This document shows, one piece after another, positions 47,750 through 56,963 of a stretch of 64,000 nucleotides of DNA. Made by a program: the position numbers and the translations under genes. Source of the DNA: Myxococcota bacterium (GTDB lineage Bacteria > Myxococcota_A > UBA9160 > JAFDDA01); contig OZ245817.1 of NCBI GenBank assembly GCA_965228475.1, positions 1,280,001 to 1,344,000 of the forward strand, given 5' to 3'. The stretch's first letter is position 1, and each line of letters begins with the position of its first letter. The notes below the pieces were generated by a model that saw nothing but the letters and a program-made list of their open reading frames with translations, ran no database searches and was not told the origin of the DNA.

Positions 47750-48832
47750 TTGGCGGAGAGGATTGCCGTGCTCCGGCTCGGCGCGGTCGGCGACGTCGTG
47801 CGGACGCTGCCCGCCGCGTCGGCGCTGCGCGCGGCGTATCCCGATGCCCACATCACCTGGATCGTCGAGCCCGCTTCGGCGGAGCTGCTCCGGGCCCAGC
47901 CGTGGGTCGACGAGGTCATGGTCTTTCCGCGGCCGCGCCTCGCGGAACGGCTCGCCGCACGGCAGTTCGGTGAAGCCCTCGGGGAGGGGCGCGCCTTCCT
48001 TCGGAGGCTGCGCGGCGCGCGCTTCCGGATGGTCGTGGATTTCCACTCGATCCTGAAGAGTGGGCTGCTCTCGCTGCTCTCCGGCGCGCCCGTTCGCGTC
48101 GGGTACGCACGGCCCTACGGCCGGGAGTTCTCCTGGCTCTTCGCCAACGCGCGGGCCGAGATCGTCCCCGAGCGCTGCAGCCGCTTCGAGCGCAACGCGG
48201 CGCTCGTCTCCTACCTCGGCTTCTCGCGGGCCGGGCACCCCGAGCCGCTGCGCATCCCGGCGCCCGTGCGGGACGAGATGACGAAGGCGCTCGACGCCGA
48301 CGGCCGCCCCGTCGCGATCTTCCACCCCGGGACGAGCGACGGCACCCCGCACAAGCGCTGGAACCCGGAGGGGTACGCCGCCGTGGCGCGAAGCCTGGCC
48401 GAAGAAGGCGTCGACGTCCGCGTGACGGCCGGGCCCGCGCGCGACGACCGCGTGCTCGCCGAGGCGATCGTCGAAGGCGCGGCGGGCGCGGCGCGGCGCG
48501 CGCCCGAGACGAAATCGCTCCTCGAACTCGCGGGTCTGTTCGCGGCGAGCCGGCTCTACGTCGGAAGCGATACCGGGCCGATGCACGTGGCCTCCCTGGT
48601 CGGAACGCCCGTCGTGCAGCTCATGGGCCCCACCCATCCCGTCGAGAACCAGCCCTACCCGGAGACGCTGTCCCGAACGGTGCGCGTCCCGGTCGCCTGC
48701 AGCCCGTGCCGGCGCGGCTGCTCGGCGGCGGTGTGCATGGGCGTGATCGGCCCCGAAGCCGTGGTCGAAGCGGCGCGCGCGCTGCTCGCTGCGGAGCCGT
48801 CGCCCGCCGCCGGGGCGCGGGAGGTGCGATGA
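47750..48832 (+). CDS. GT9 LPS heptosyltransferase (WaaC-like)
   Basis: LRLGAVGDVV, HPG..KRW, GSDTGPMHVA; start uncertain. Confidence 0.85.
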   Translation: MAERIAVLRLGAVGDVVRTLPAASALRAAYPDAHITWIVEPASAELLRAQPWVDEVMVFPRPRLAERLAARQFGEALGEGRAFLRRLRGARFRMVVDFHSILKSGLLSLLSGAPVRVGYARPYGREFSWLFANARAEIVPERCSRFERNAALVSYLGFSRAGHPEPLRIPAPVRDEMTKALDADGRPVAIFHPGTSDGTPHKRWNPEGYAAVARSLAEEGVDVRVTAGPARDDRVLAEAIVEGAAGAARRAPETKSLLELAGLFAASRLYVGSDTGPMHVASLVGTPVVQLMGPTHPVENQPYPETLSRTVRVPVACSPCRRGCSAAVCMGVIGPEAVVEAARALLAAEPSPAAGAREVR

Positions 48833-49890
48833 GCGACCCGCGCTCGGTGCTCGTCCGTGCCCCGAACTGGGCCGGCGACGTCGTGATGGCGACGCCGGGC
48901 TTCCGGGCCCTGCGCGAGCGTTTCCCCGACGCTCGTCTGGCACTCCAGATCCTGCCCGGCCTGGCGCCGCTCCTCGACGGCGCGCCCTGGTTCGACGAGG
49001 TCCTGCCTCTCGCTTCCCATCGAAAAGGCACCGCGGCGCTCCTGCGCGAAGGGCGCGCGCTGCGGGGTCGCCGCTTCGAGCTCGGCGTCTGCCTACCGGA
49101 CTCGGTCTCCTCGGCGCTCTTGATGCGCGCCGCCGGCGTCGAGCGCATCGTCGGCTACGGCCGCGGGCTGCGGGGCGTCCTGCTGCACGATTCCGTTCCG
49201 CCGCTGTCGGGCGACGACGGAAGCCCGTACGTGCCGCGCGAGCGTCACGTGCTCGGCCTCGTCGCGGCTCTCGGCGGGCGGGCGGAGGACGTGCGGCTCG
49301 AGCTCTTCGTGACGGATGGGGAGCAGGCCGAAGCGGAAGCCGCGCTCGCGGCGGGCGGCCTCGCCCCCGACGCACCGATGGCCGCCCTCGCCCCCGGCGC
49401 TTCCTATGGATCCTCGAAGTGCTGGCCGGCGGAGTCCTTCGCCGAGGTCGCGGACGCGCTCTCCGAGCGCGGCATCACGCCGGTGCTGGTCGGGGCGCCC
49501 TCCGAGCGGGAGATCAGCGAGCGCGTCGTCGCCGCCGCGAAGCGAGGCGTGCTGGACCTGACCGGCGCGATCTCGCTCGGCGCCCTCAAGGCCGTGCTGC
49601 GCCGAGCGCGCCTGCTCGTCTGCAACGATGCCGGCGCCCGCCACGTGGCCGTGGCCTTCGGCACGCCCGCGGTCTGCCTGTTCGGCCCGACGAGCGTCGA
49701 GAAGACCAAGCTCAACCTCGAGCGGGTGAAGGTGCTCACGGCCGACGTGGCCTGCCGGCCCTGCTACCACCGCGTCTGCCCGATCGACCACCGCTGCATG
49801 ACGCGCATCCTCCCGGCCGAGGTCCTGGCCGCCTCGGAGGGCGCACTCGGCCCGGCGGAAGGCCGAGGCGCGGAAGGCGCGCTCGCTTGA
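48829..49890 (+). CDS. waaF: GT9 LPS heptosyltransferase II
   Basis: RAPNWAGDVVM, PGASYGSSKCWP, CNDAGARHVA. Confidence 0.85.
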   Translation: MSDPRSVLVRAPNWAGDVVMATPGFRALRERFPDARLALQILPGLAPLLDGAPWFDEVLPLASHRKGTAALLREGRALRGRRFELGVCLPDSVSSALLMRAAGVERIVGYGRGLRGVLLHDSVPPLSGDDGSPYVPRERHVLGLVAALGGRAEDVRLELFVTDGEQAEAEAALAAGGLAPDAPMAALAPGASYGSSKCWPAESFAEVADALSERGITPVLVGAPSEREISERVVAAAKRGVLDLTGAISLGALKAVLRRARLLVCNDAGARHVAVAFGTPAVCLFGPTSVEKTKLNLERVKVLTADVACRPCYHRVCPIDHRCMTRILPAEVLAASEGALGPAEGRGAEGALA

Positions 49891-50849
49891 GCGACCTCTC
49901 CGCGATCGTGGTCACCTGGAACGGCTGGCCGTTCCTCGAACGCTGCCTGCGCTCCCTCGAGGCGAACGTGCGCGCTCCGGGCCGGATCGCGATGGAGGTC
50001 ATCGTGGTCGACAACGGCTCCGAGGACGCGACGCTCGAATCCCTGGCGCGCGAGTTCCCCTGGGCCGAAGCCGTGGCGATGGGGGCCAACCGGGGCTTCG
50101 CGGCCGCGGTGAACGCCGGCCTGGCCCGGGCGTCCGGCCGATACGCCGTGCTCTTGAACAACGATACGGTGGTGCCGGAGGGCGCCTTCGAGGCGTGCAT
50201 CGCCTACCTCGACGCGAACGCCGATGCCGGGGTGGCCGGGCCCCAGCTCCGCTCCCCGGACGGCAAGAAACAAAACAGCGTTCATGCCGAGCCGAGCCTG
50301 GTCGGCGAGATCGTTCCGGGTTGGCTGCTCGAGACGCTCTTCCCGGACCGCTTTCCCTCGAAGCGCTTCGAACACGCCGCGCCGCTCGACGTCGATGCGG
50401 TACTCGGCGCGTGCCTCTTCCTGCGGCGCTCCCTTCTCCCCGAGGTGGGGGTCCTTTCCGAGGACTACTTCTTCTTTCTCGAGGAGACGGACTTCTGCCG
50501 CGCCGTGCGGGCGGCGGGGCACCGCGTCGTCCACCTGCCGCAGGTCGAGGTGACCCACGTCCACGGCGCGACGTCGAAGAAGAGGGATCCCGCGCGCACG
50601 CGCATCGAGTACCATCGTTCGCTGTACCGCTACTTTCGAAAAAACCGAGGCGTCGCCGCGCTGGCTGCGGTCGTTGCCATCCGGTTCGCCAAGAGCGTGT
50701 TGCACGTCGTGGTGGGTGCGCCCGGGGCGCTGTTTTCGGAGCGGGGCCGGGAGCGGTGGCGCGCGCGCTGGCGCGTGCTCTCGTGGCACCTCCGCGGAGG
50801 CCCGGAAGGTTGGGGAATGGCACCGGTGGAGCGGATTCAGGCAGGGTGA
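49887..50849 (+). CDS. GT2 glycosyltransferase (rhamnosyltransferase-like)
   Basis: IVVTWN, VVDNGSED, NRGFAAAVN, LLNND, FFFLEETD. Confidence 0.88.
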   Translation: MSDLSAIVVTWNGWPFLERCLRSLEANVRAPGRIAMEVIVVDNGSEDATLESLAREFPWAEAVAMGANRGFAAAVNAGLARASGRYAVLLNNDTVVPEGAFEACIAYLDANADAGVAGPQLRSPDGKKQNSVHAEPSLVGEIVPGWLLETLFPDRFPSKRFEHAAPLDVDAVLGACLFLRRSLLPEVGVLSEDYFFFLEETDFCRAVRAAGHRVVHLPQVEVTHVHGATSKKRDPARTRIEYHRSLYRYFRKNRGVAALAAVVAIRFAKSVLHVVVGAPGALFSERGRERWRARWRVLSWHLRGGPEGWGMAPVERIQAG

Positions 50850-51979
50850 TGGCGAAGGCAGCGAAGACATCCAAGGCCAAGGCCAAGGCCAAGGCCAAGG
50901 CCAAGGCGGGGCGCGGCAGGTCCGCCGGCCGCCCCGCGAACGTCCCCGCGCGCCTGGACCGCGCCCGGCTCGAACGCCTGCTCGACCGCTTCGAGGACGC
51001 CGAGATCCTGGTCGTCGGCGACGTCGTGCTCGACGAATACCTCTGGGGCGAAGTCGACCGCGTGAGCCCCGAGGCGCCGGTGCCGGTCGTGCACCTGCGC
51101 GACGAGTCGACGGTGCTGGGCGGTGCGGGCAACGTCGTCCGCAACGTCGTGGCCCTCGGCGGCCGCTCGCGCTTCTGCTCTGTGGTCGGCGACGACGCCG
51201 CGGGCGCCCGCGTGCTCGATCTCCTGAAGGAGCTCGACGTCGACGTCGACGGCACCATCGTCGTCGAGGGCCGGCCGACGACGCGCAAGAGCCGCGTCGT
51301 GGCCCGCTCCCAGCAGGTCGTCCGCTTCGACCGGGAGACGGTCGATCCGATCCCCGCTCCCGCCGTCCGCGCGCTCCTCGGGGCGCTCGACGCGGCGCTC
51401 CCGAGCGCGGACGCGGCCGTCCTCGAGGACTACGCGAAGGGCCTCCTGACGCGCAAGACCATCGGCCAGGTGATGAAGCGCCTGCGCGCTGCGAAGGTGC
51501 CCGTCGCCGTCGATCCGAAGCACGACCTCGCGAGCTTCCGCGGTGCTTCGCTGCTCAAGCCGAACGTCCGCGAGACCGAGGCGCTGACGGGCATCGAGAT
51601 CCACGACGGCGAGACGCTCGCACAGGCGGTGGGGAAGCTCCGCAAGCGCGTGGGCCCGGCCGACATCGTGGTCACGCGCGGCCCGGAAGGCATGACCTGC
51701 TTCGCCGAAGGCGAGCCCGCCGGCGTCGACGTCCACACGCTCGCGCGGGAGGTCTTCGACGTGCAGGGCGCGGGCGACACCACCATCGCCGCGCTCGAGC
51801 TCGTTCGGGCGGTCGGCGGGAGCCTGCTCGAAGCGGCGGTCATCGCCAACGCCGCGGCCGGCGTCGTGGTGGGGAAGATCGGAACCGCCACGGTCACCCG
51901 CGACGAGATCCGCGAGATCCTTCCGAGCGCGATCGCCGCGGCCCAGGACCGGCCGCAGGGCCGCAGGAGCCGACGTTGA
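50849..51979 (+). CDS. rfaE1: D-glycero-D-manno-heptose-7-phosphate kinase (stand-alone RfaE domain I)
   Basis: VGDVVLDEYLWG..RVSPEAPVPV, DYAKG, DVQGAGDT. Confidence 0.92.
   Translation: MAKAAKTSKAKAKAKAKAKAGRGRSAGRPANVPARLDRARLERLLDRFEDAEILVVGDVVLDEYLWGEVDRVSPEAPVPVVHLRDESTVLGGAGNVVRNVVALGGRSRFCSVVGDDAAGARVLDLLKELDVDVDGTIVVEGRPTTRKSRVVARSQQVVRFDRETVDPIPAPAVRALLGALDAALPSADAAVLEDYAKGLLTRKTIGQVMKRLRAAKVPVAVDPKHDLASFRGASLLKPNVRETEALTGIEIHDGETLAQAVGKLRKRVGPADIVVTRGPEGMTCFAEGEPAGVDVHTLAREVFDVQGAGDTTIAALELVRAVGGSLLEAAVIANAAAGVVVGKIGTATVTRDEIREILPSAIAAAQDRPQGRRSRR
50871..50906 (+). repeat. Perfect (CCAAGG)6 in-frame microsatellite encoding (KA)n
   Basis: Six exact hexamer copies. Confidence 0.95.
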
Positions 51980-52013
51980 TTCGCCGCCGTGGAAGGAGCC
52001 GACGTTGATTCGC
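51965..52013 (+). repeat. Perfect 20-bp direct repeat (period 29) of RBS+stop/start junction, creating a 10-aa mini-ORF at 51976-52008
   Basis: AGGAGCCGACGTTGATTCGC at 51965-51984 and 51994-52013. Confidence 0.92.
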
Positions 52014-52895
52014 AGCATGACCGGTTTCGGGCGCGCGGCCTTCGAACTCTCGGGTACGACCTTCGAGGTCGAGGTCCGCTCGGTGAACCACCGCTACCTG
52101 GACCAGCGGGTGAAGCTCCCGCGGGTGCTCGCGGGCCTCGAGGCCGAGGTGCGCGAACTCGTCCAGGGCCGCTTCGGCCGGGGCAAGGTGGAACTCGTCG
52201 TCTCGGCGCCGTCGAGCGGGTCGGCCGCCGCCGCCGTGCGGGTCGATTTCGACGCCGCCGCGCGCTACGCCGACGCCGCCCGGGAGCTCGCGGAGCGCCA
52301 CGGAGGCGCCGCCGAAGTGGACGCCGCGACGCTGCTCGCCCTGCCCGGCGTCTCGCGCGTGGTCGAAACGGACCTCGACCCGGCCGAGGCCGCCCCGGTT
52401 CTGCTGCGTGGCGTCGAGCAGGCGCTCGACGCGGCGGGGAAGATGCGCGACGCCGAGGGAGCGGGCCTCGATGCCGAGTTCCGTTCCCGCCTCGGACGGA
52501 TTACGACCCTCGTCGACGAACTCGACGCGCGCTCGAGCATCGTCCAGGACGCCGTGCGCGAGCGGCTGCGCAAGCGTGCCCGTGAGCTCGAGACCGAGAC
52601 GGGTCTTCTCGACGAAGCGCGGCTCCACCAGGAGATCGTCTTCGCCGCCGACCGCCTCGACGTCTCCGAGGAGCTCTCGCGCCTGCGCAGCCACATCGGC
52701 CAGTTCCTCTCGACCCTCGACGAGGCGCAGCCGGGCGCGCCGGTCGGCCGCCGCCTCGACTTCCTGCTGCAGGAGATCGGCCGCGAGAGCAATACGGTCG
52801 GCAGCAAGGCCAACGATTCGGAGCTCGCCCACCGCGTGGTCGAGCTGAAGACGGAACACGAACGCATCCGGGAGCAGGTCCAGAATGTCGAGTAG
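52005..52895 (+). CDS. yicC: YicC/YloC family endoribonuclease
   Basis: MIRSMTGFG, EVRSVNHRYLD, GRRLDFLLQE..RESNT, REQVQNVE. Confidence 0.95.
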   Translation: MIRSMTGFGRAAFELSGTTFEVEVRSVNHRYLDQRVKLPRVLAGLEAEVRELVQGRFGRGKVELVVSAPSSGSAAAAVRVDFDAAARYADAARELAERHGGAAEVDAATLLALPGVSRVVETDLDPAEAAPVLLRGVEQALDAAGKMRDAEGAGLDAEFRSRLGRITTLVDELDARSSIVQDAVRERLRKRARELETETGLLDEARLHQEIVFAADRLDVSEELSRLRSHIGQFLSTLDEAQPGAPVGRRLDFLLQEIGRESNTVGSKANDSELAHRVVELKTEHERIREQVQNVE

Positions 52896-52920
52896 TGGGG
52901 GGAAGGAGGCCGCGCGGCGG

Positions 52921-53214
52921 ATGGCGCGCGTGCGGCCGAAGACGGGGGAAGAGCCGGAGGCGCGGGTCCCGAGCCTGCTGAACGTCGGCTACGGGAATCT
53001 CGTGGCGAGCGTCCGCGTGGTCGCCGTCGTGAACGCCCAGAGCGCACCGATGCGGCGTCTGCGGGAAGAGGCCGGCGCGCGCGGGAAGCTCGTCGACGCC
53101 ACCCAGGGGCGCCGCACCCGCAGCATCGTCGTCACGGACAGCGACCACGTCGTCCTTTCCGCGATCAACCCGGACACGCTCGCGGCACGGCTGGCGGCGG
53201 AGGACGGGGCGTGA
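52921..53214 (+). CDS. remA: DUF370/RemA family protein
   Basis: LLNVGYGNLV...LVDATQGRRTRSIVVTDSDHVVLSA; yicC-remA-gmk order. Confidence 0.9.
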   Translation: MARVRPKTGEEPEARVPSLLNVGYGNLVASVRVVAVVNAQSAPMRRLREEAGARGKLVDATQGRRTRSIVVTDSDHVVLSAINPDTLAARLAAEDGA

Positions 53215-53249
53215 GCCGGGCGTCCTGCAAGGGCCCGGAGCGCGCATGA
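53211..53249 (+). other. NTGA-coupled 12-aa mini-ORF bridging remA and gmk
   Basis: (M)SRASCKGPERA; GGAG at 53237. Confidence 0.45.
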
Positions 53250-53923
53250 CCGAGGCGGGCCGCCCCGGGCGCCGCCGCGGCATTCCCTTCGTCGTTTCGG
53301 CCCCCTCGGGCACGGGCAAGACCACGGTCTGTCACGCCCTCGTCGCGGCCGACGAGGGCCTCGAGTTCTCGGTCTCGCACACGACGCGGAGCCCGCGGCC
53401 CGGGGAGCGCGACGGCGTCGACTACCACTTCGTCGACGGCGAGACGTTCCTGGCCCTCGTGAAGGAGGAGCGCTTCCTCGAGCACGCCGAGTACAACGGC
53501 CGCCTCTACGGAACGAGCCACGACGCCCTCGACCGCGCCCTCGACGCCGGGCGCGACGTGCTGCTCGAGATCGAGGTCCAGGGCGCGGCGCAGATCCGCG
53601 AGCGCCGGGCCGACGCCCGCTTCGTCTTCCTCGTCCCGCCGTCCCTGGCTTCGCTCGAAGCCCGCCTGCGCGGCCGGGGGACCGACCCGCCGGAGACGAT
53701 CGCCCGCCGGCTCGCCATCGCCACCAACGAGCTCGCCGCCGTGAAGCGCTTCGACTACGTGGTCGTGAACGACGATCTCGAGTCGGCCATCGCCGCGGTC
53801 GCCGAGATCCTGGCGGCCGAGCGGGCCGGGGAGCGCGGGGAGGTCGTGGCCCGCTACGGCCGCGAGACGGCGCTCGCCCGGCGCTCGGGTGCCCTGGCCG
53901 AACTCCCCGCCGCCGAGGGCTAG
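53246..53923 (+). CDS. gmk: Guanylate kinase
   Basis: SAPSGTGKTT, SHTTRSPRPGE.DGVDYHFV, YGTS, EIEVQGA. Confidence 0.96.
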   Translation: MTEAGRPGRRRGIPFVVSAPSGTGKTTVCHALVAADEGLEFSVSHTTRSPRPGERDGVDYHFVDGETFLALVKEERFLEHAEYNGRLYGTSHDALDRALDAGRDVLLEIEVQGAAQIRERRADARFVFLVPPSLASLEARLRGRGTDPPETIARRLAIATNELAAVKRFDYVVVNDDLESAIAAVAEILAAERAGERGEVVARYGRETALARRSGALAELPAAEG

Positions 53924-53963
53924 CGGGCCCGATTGCCAGCCCGCGCCGGGCTCGGCTACCCTG

Positions 53964-56147
53964 ATGGAAATGCCCGAAGTAAAAGGGAAAACTCGGCGAG
54001 CGCTGCCGCGATTCAACGACATCGCGGACCGCGTGCTCGAGTACAACCCGCACGGCAGCCTCGAACTCCTCCAGAAGGCCTACGTCTTCTCGGCCAAGGT
54101 GCACGAAGGTCAGGAGCGGCTCTCGGGCGAGCCCTACCTCGTCCACCCCATCGCCGTGGCCCAGATCCTCGCGAACATGCGGCTCGACGAGGTCACGGTC
54201 GCCGCCGGCCTGCTGCACGACACGATCGAAGACACCCTGGCGACGGCCGAAGAGCTGCGGGAACTCTTCGGCCCCGAGGTCACCTTCCTCGTCGAGGGCC
54301 TCACCAAGATCGCGCGCGTCGAGTTCACCTCGGACCGCGAACGTCAGGCCGAGAACTTCCGCAAGATGCTCGTCGCGATGTCGAAGGACATCCGCATCCT
54401 GCTCATCAAGCTCGCCGACCGGCTCCACAACATGCGCACCCTCGGCTTCATGAAGGCCGAGTCCGCCCGCCGGATCGCCACCGAGACGCGCGAGATCTAC
54501 GCGCCCCTGGCCCACCGCCTCGGGATCGATTGGATGAAGCGCGAGCTCGAGGACCACGCCTTCCGGACGCTCCACCCGGACCTCGTGAAGGACCTCGAAG
54601 ACCGGCTCGCGACCGTCCGGAAGGAGCGCGAGACTTACATCGAAGAGGTGATCGGGGTGCTCTCGGAGAAGCTCGCCGGTGCGGGCCTGAAGGCCGAGGT
54701 GACCGGCCGCGTGAAGGATCTCGCCTCGATCCACGCGAAGATGGAGAGCCAGGGCCTCGACCTCGAGCAGCTCTACGACGTGATCGCCTTCCGCATCGTG
54801 CTCGACGGCCCGGACGAGTCCGTCTACACCACCCTCGGGCTGATCCACGGGATGTGGCGGCCGATCCCGGGCCGCTTCAAGGACTACGTCGCCCTGCCGA
54901 AGCCCAACGGCTACCAGTCCCTGCACACCGCCGTGATCGGCGCCTACGGCGAGCGCATGGAGGTGCAGATCCGCACGCTCGAGATGCACCGCGCGGCGGA
55001 GCTCGGCATCGCCGCCCACTGGAAGTACAAGGAAGGGCGCGTCGGCGAGGACGCCGACGGCGAGCGGCAGTTCGCCTGGCTGCGCCAGCTCCTCGAGTGG
55101 CAGCGCGAACTCAGCGACCCGCACGAGTTCCTCGACACGGTCACGGTCGACCTCTTCCCCGACCAGGTCTTCGTCTTCACGCCGCGCGGCGAGGTGCTGA
55201 CGGTGCCGACGGGCGGCACGCCGGTCGACTTCGCCTACGCGATCCACAGCGAGGTCGGCGCCCACTGCGCCGGCGCCAAGGTGAACGGCAAGATGGTGCC
55301 CCTGCGCCACGTCCTCGAGGACGGCGACACCGTCGAGATCCTGACGAGCCAGGCCCAGGTGCCGCGCAAGGATTGGCTGGACTTCGTCGTCTCCGGGAAG
55401 GCGCGGAGCCGGATCCGCCACGCCATCCGCGCCTCCGAGCGCGAGCGCAGCCGGAACCTCGGCCGCGAGATGCTCGAACGCGAGCTCCGGCGCGCGGGGA
55501 TGTCGCTCGCCCGCATGCTCGAACGCGACGAGCTCTCGGAGATCGCCTCGAAGGAGACGCGCGGCGGGTCGATCGACGACCTCTTCGCCGCCGTCGGCTT
55601 CGGGCGCATCCCGGCGGCGAAGCTCGTGAAGAAGCTCGCCGGGGTCGAGGAGCCCGAGCCTGCGCCGCCGCGCCGGAGCCTCTTCCGGCGTCCGAAGCCG
55701 CCCACGAACTCGGGCATCCGCGTCTCGGGCTACGGCGACGTGCTCGTGCGTTTCGCGCGCTGCTGCGCACCGATCCCGGGCGACGAGGTCGTCGGTTTCG
55801 TGACACGCGGGCGCGGCGTGACGGTCCACGCGAAGGGCTGCGCCAAGGTCTTCGGCCTCGACCCCGAGCGCCGCATCGACGTCGACTGGGATGCCGAGGC
55901 CGACGTCACCCACCGCATCAAGCTGCGGGTCTCCTCCTCGAACAAGCCGGGCATCCTCGCCACGGTCACGAAATCGATCTCGGCCAAGGGCGTCAACATC
56001 GAGGGCGCGCGGGTCTCGACGGGCAGCGACGGCAAGGCGATCTCCACCTTCGAGCTCTGGGTGAAGGATGCCGAGACCCTCGCCTCGGTGATGAAGGACA
56101 TCAAGCGCGTGAAGGGCGTTCTCGACGTCGAACGGGTGCGTTCGTGA
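53964..56147 (+). CDS. spoT: Bifunctional (p)ppGpp synthetase/hydrolase, long RSH (start 53964 or 53970)
   Basis: HD motif LLHDTIED, RFKD, KPNGYQSLHT, TGS (FAYAIHS), CC and ACT domains. Confidence 0.95.
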   Translation: MEMPEVKGKTRRALPRFNDIADRVLEYNPHGSLELLQKAYVFSAKVHEGQERLSGEPYLVHPIAVAQILANMRLDEVTVAAGLLHDTIEDTLATAEELRELFGPEVTFLVEGLTKIARVEFTSDRERQAENFRKMLVAMSKDIRILLIKLADRLHNMRTLGFMKAESARRIATETREIYAPLAHRLGIDWMKRELEDHAFRTLHPDLVKDLEDRLATVRKERETYIEEVIGVLSEKLAGAGLKAEVTGRVKDLASIHAKMESQGLDLEQLYDVIAFRIVLDGPDESVYTTLGLIHGMWRPIPGRFKDYVALPKPNGYQSLHTAVIGAYGERMEVQIRTLEMHRAAELGIAAHWKYKEGRVGEDADGERQFAWLRQLLEWQRELSDPHEFLDTVTVDLFPDQVFVFTPRGEVLTVPTGGTPVDFAYAIHSEVGAHCAGAKVNGKMVPLRHVLEDGDTVEILTSQAQVPRKDWLDFVVSGKARSRIRHAIRASERERSRNLGREMLERELRRAGMSLARMLERDELSEIASKETRGGSIDDLFAAVGFGRIPAAKLVKKLAGVEEPEPAPPRRSLFRRPKPPTNSGIRVSGYGDVLVRFARCCAPIPGDEVVGFVTRGRGVTVHAKGCAKVFGLDPERRIDVDWDAEADVTHRIKLRVSSSNKPGILATVTKSISAKGVNIEGARVSTGSDGKAISTFELWVKDAETLASVMKDIKRVKGVLDVERVRS

Positions 56148-56956
56148 GCGAAGGCGGCAGCGCAGCGCTTCCGGTGAGCGTCTGCATCATCGCTTGCAAC
56201 GAGGAAGCGAACCTCCCGCGCTGCCTCGCCTCGACCGGCTTCGCGGCGGAGACCGTCGTCGTGGTCGATACCCGCTCGGCGGACGCCACGGAGAAGATCG
56301 CGCGCGAGGCCGGCGCCCGGGTGCTCGTCCACCCCTACGAAGGCAACGTCGAACAGAAGAGCTTCGCCCTCGCCGAGGCCAAGCACGATTGGATCCTCGC
56401 GCTCGATGCGGACGAGGCCCTCGCGCCGGGGCTCGCGCGGGAGATCGAACGGATCGTCGCGGCCGACGGCCCGGCCGACGGCTACGAGATGAACCGCCTC
56501 ACCTGGCACCTCGGGCGCTGGATTCGGCACGGCGAGTTCTACCCGGACTGGCAGCTCCGGCTCTTCCGCCGCTCGCGCGGCCGCTACGTCGGCGTGAACC
56601 CGCACGGACACGTGGAAGTGTCGGGCCGGACGGAGCGCCTCGCGGGAGACCTCGAGCACTACAGCTACCGCGACCTCGCGGATCAGGTCGCGCGCATCCA
56701 GGACTTCAGCCGCGTGCAGGCGGTGTCCATGTGGGACGCGGGCCGGCGGGCCGGCCTCTTCGACCTCACGGTGCGTCCACCCTTCCGCTTCCTGCGCGCC
56801 TACGTGCTCAAGCAGGGCTTCCGCGACGGCATGGCGGGCTTCATGATCGCCGCCGCCACCGCGTTCCACGTCTTCCTGAAGTACGCGAAGCTCTGGGAAC
56901 TCGCGCGGGACCCCGAGACGCGCGGCGAAGCGCCCTCCGGGAAGGCCGGCGCGTAG
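56144..56956 (+). CDS. GT2 beta-glucosyltransferase (KdtX/WaaE-like)
   Basis: SVCIIACNEE, WILALDADE, YPDWQLRLF, HYSY, GFRDG. Confidence 0.85.
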   Translation: MSEGGSAALPVSVCIIACNEEANLPRCLASTGFAAETVVVVDTRSADATEKIAREAGARVLVHPYEGNVEQKSFALAEAKHDWILALDADEALAPGLAREIERIVAADGPADGYEMNRLTWHLGRWIRHGEFYPDWQLRLFRRSRGRYVGVNPHGHVEVSGRTERLAGDLEHYSYRDLADQVARIQDFSRVQAVSMWDAGRRAGLFDLTVRPPFRFLRAYVLKQGFRDGMAGFMIAAATAFHVFLKYAKLWELARDPETRGEAPSGKAGA

Positions 56957-56963
56957 GGCGACC

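Noticed and set aside
7507..54046. Very long antisense or alternate-frame ORFs (e.g. 7507-10911, 11883-14987, 30848-34654, 34730-38800, 31363-34437)
   Set aside because: They overlap well-supported genes, lack motifs, and are expected shadow ORFs in very GC-rich coding DNA.
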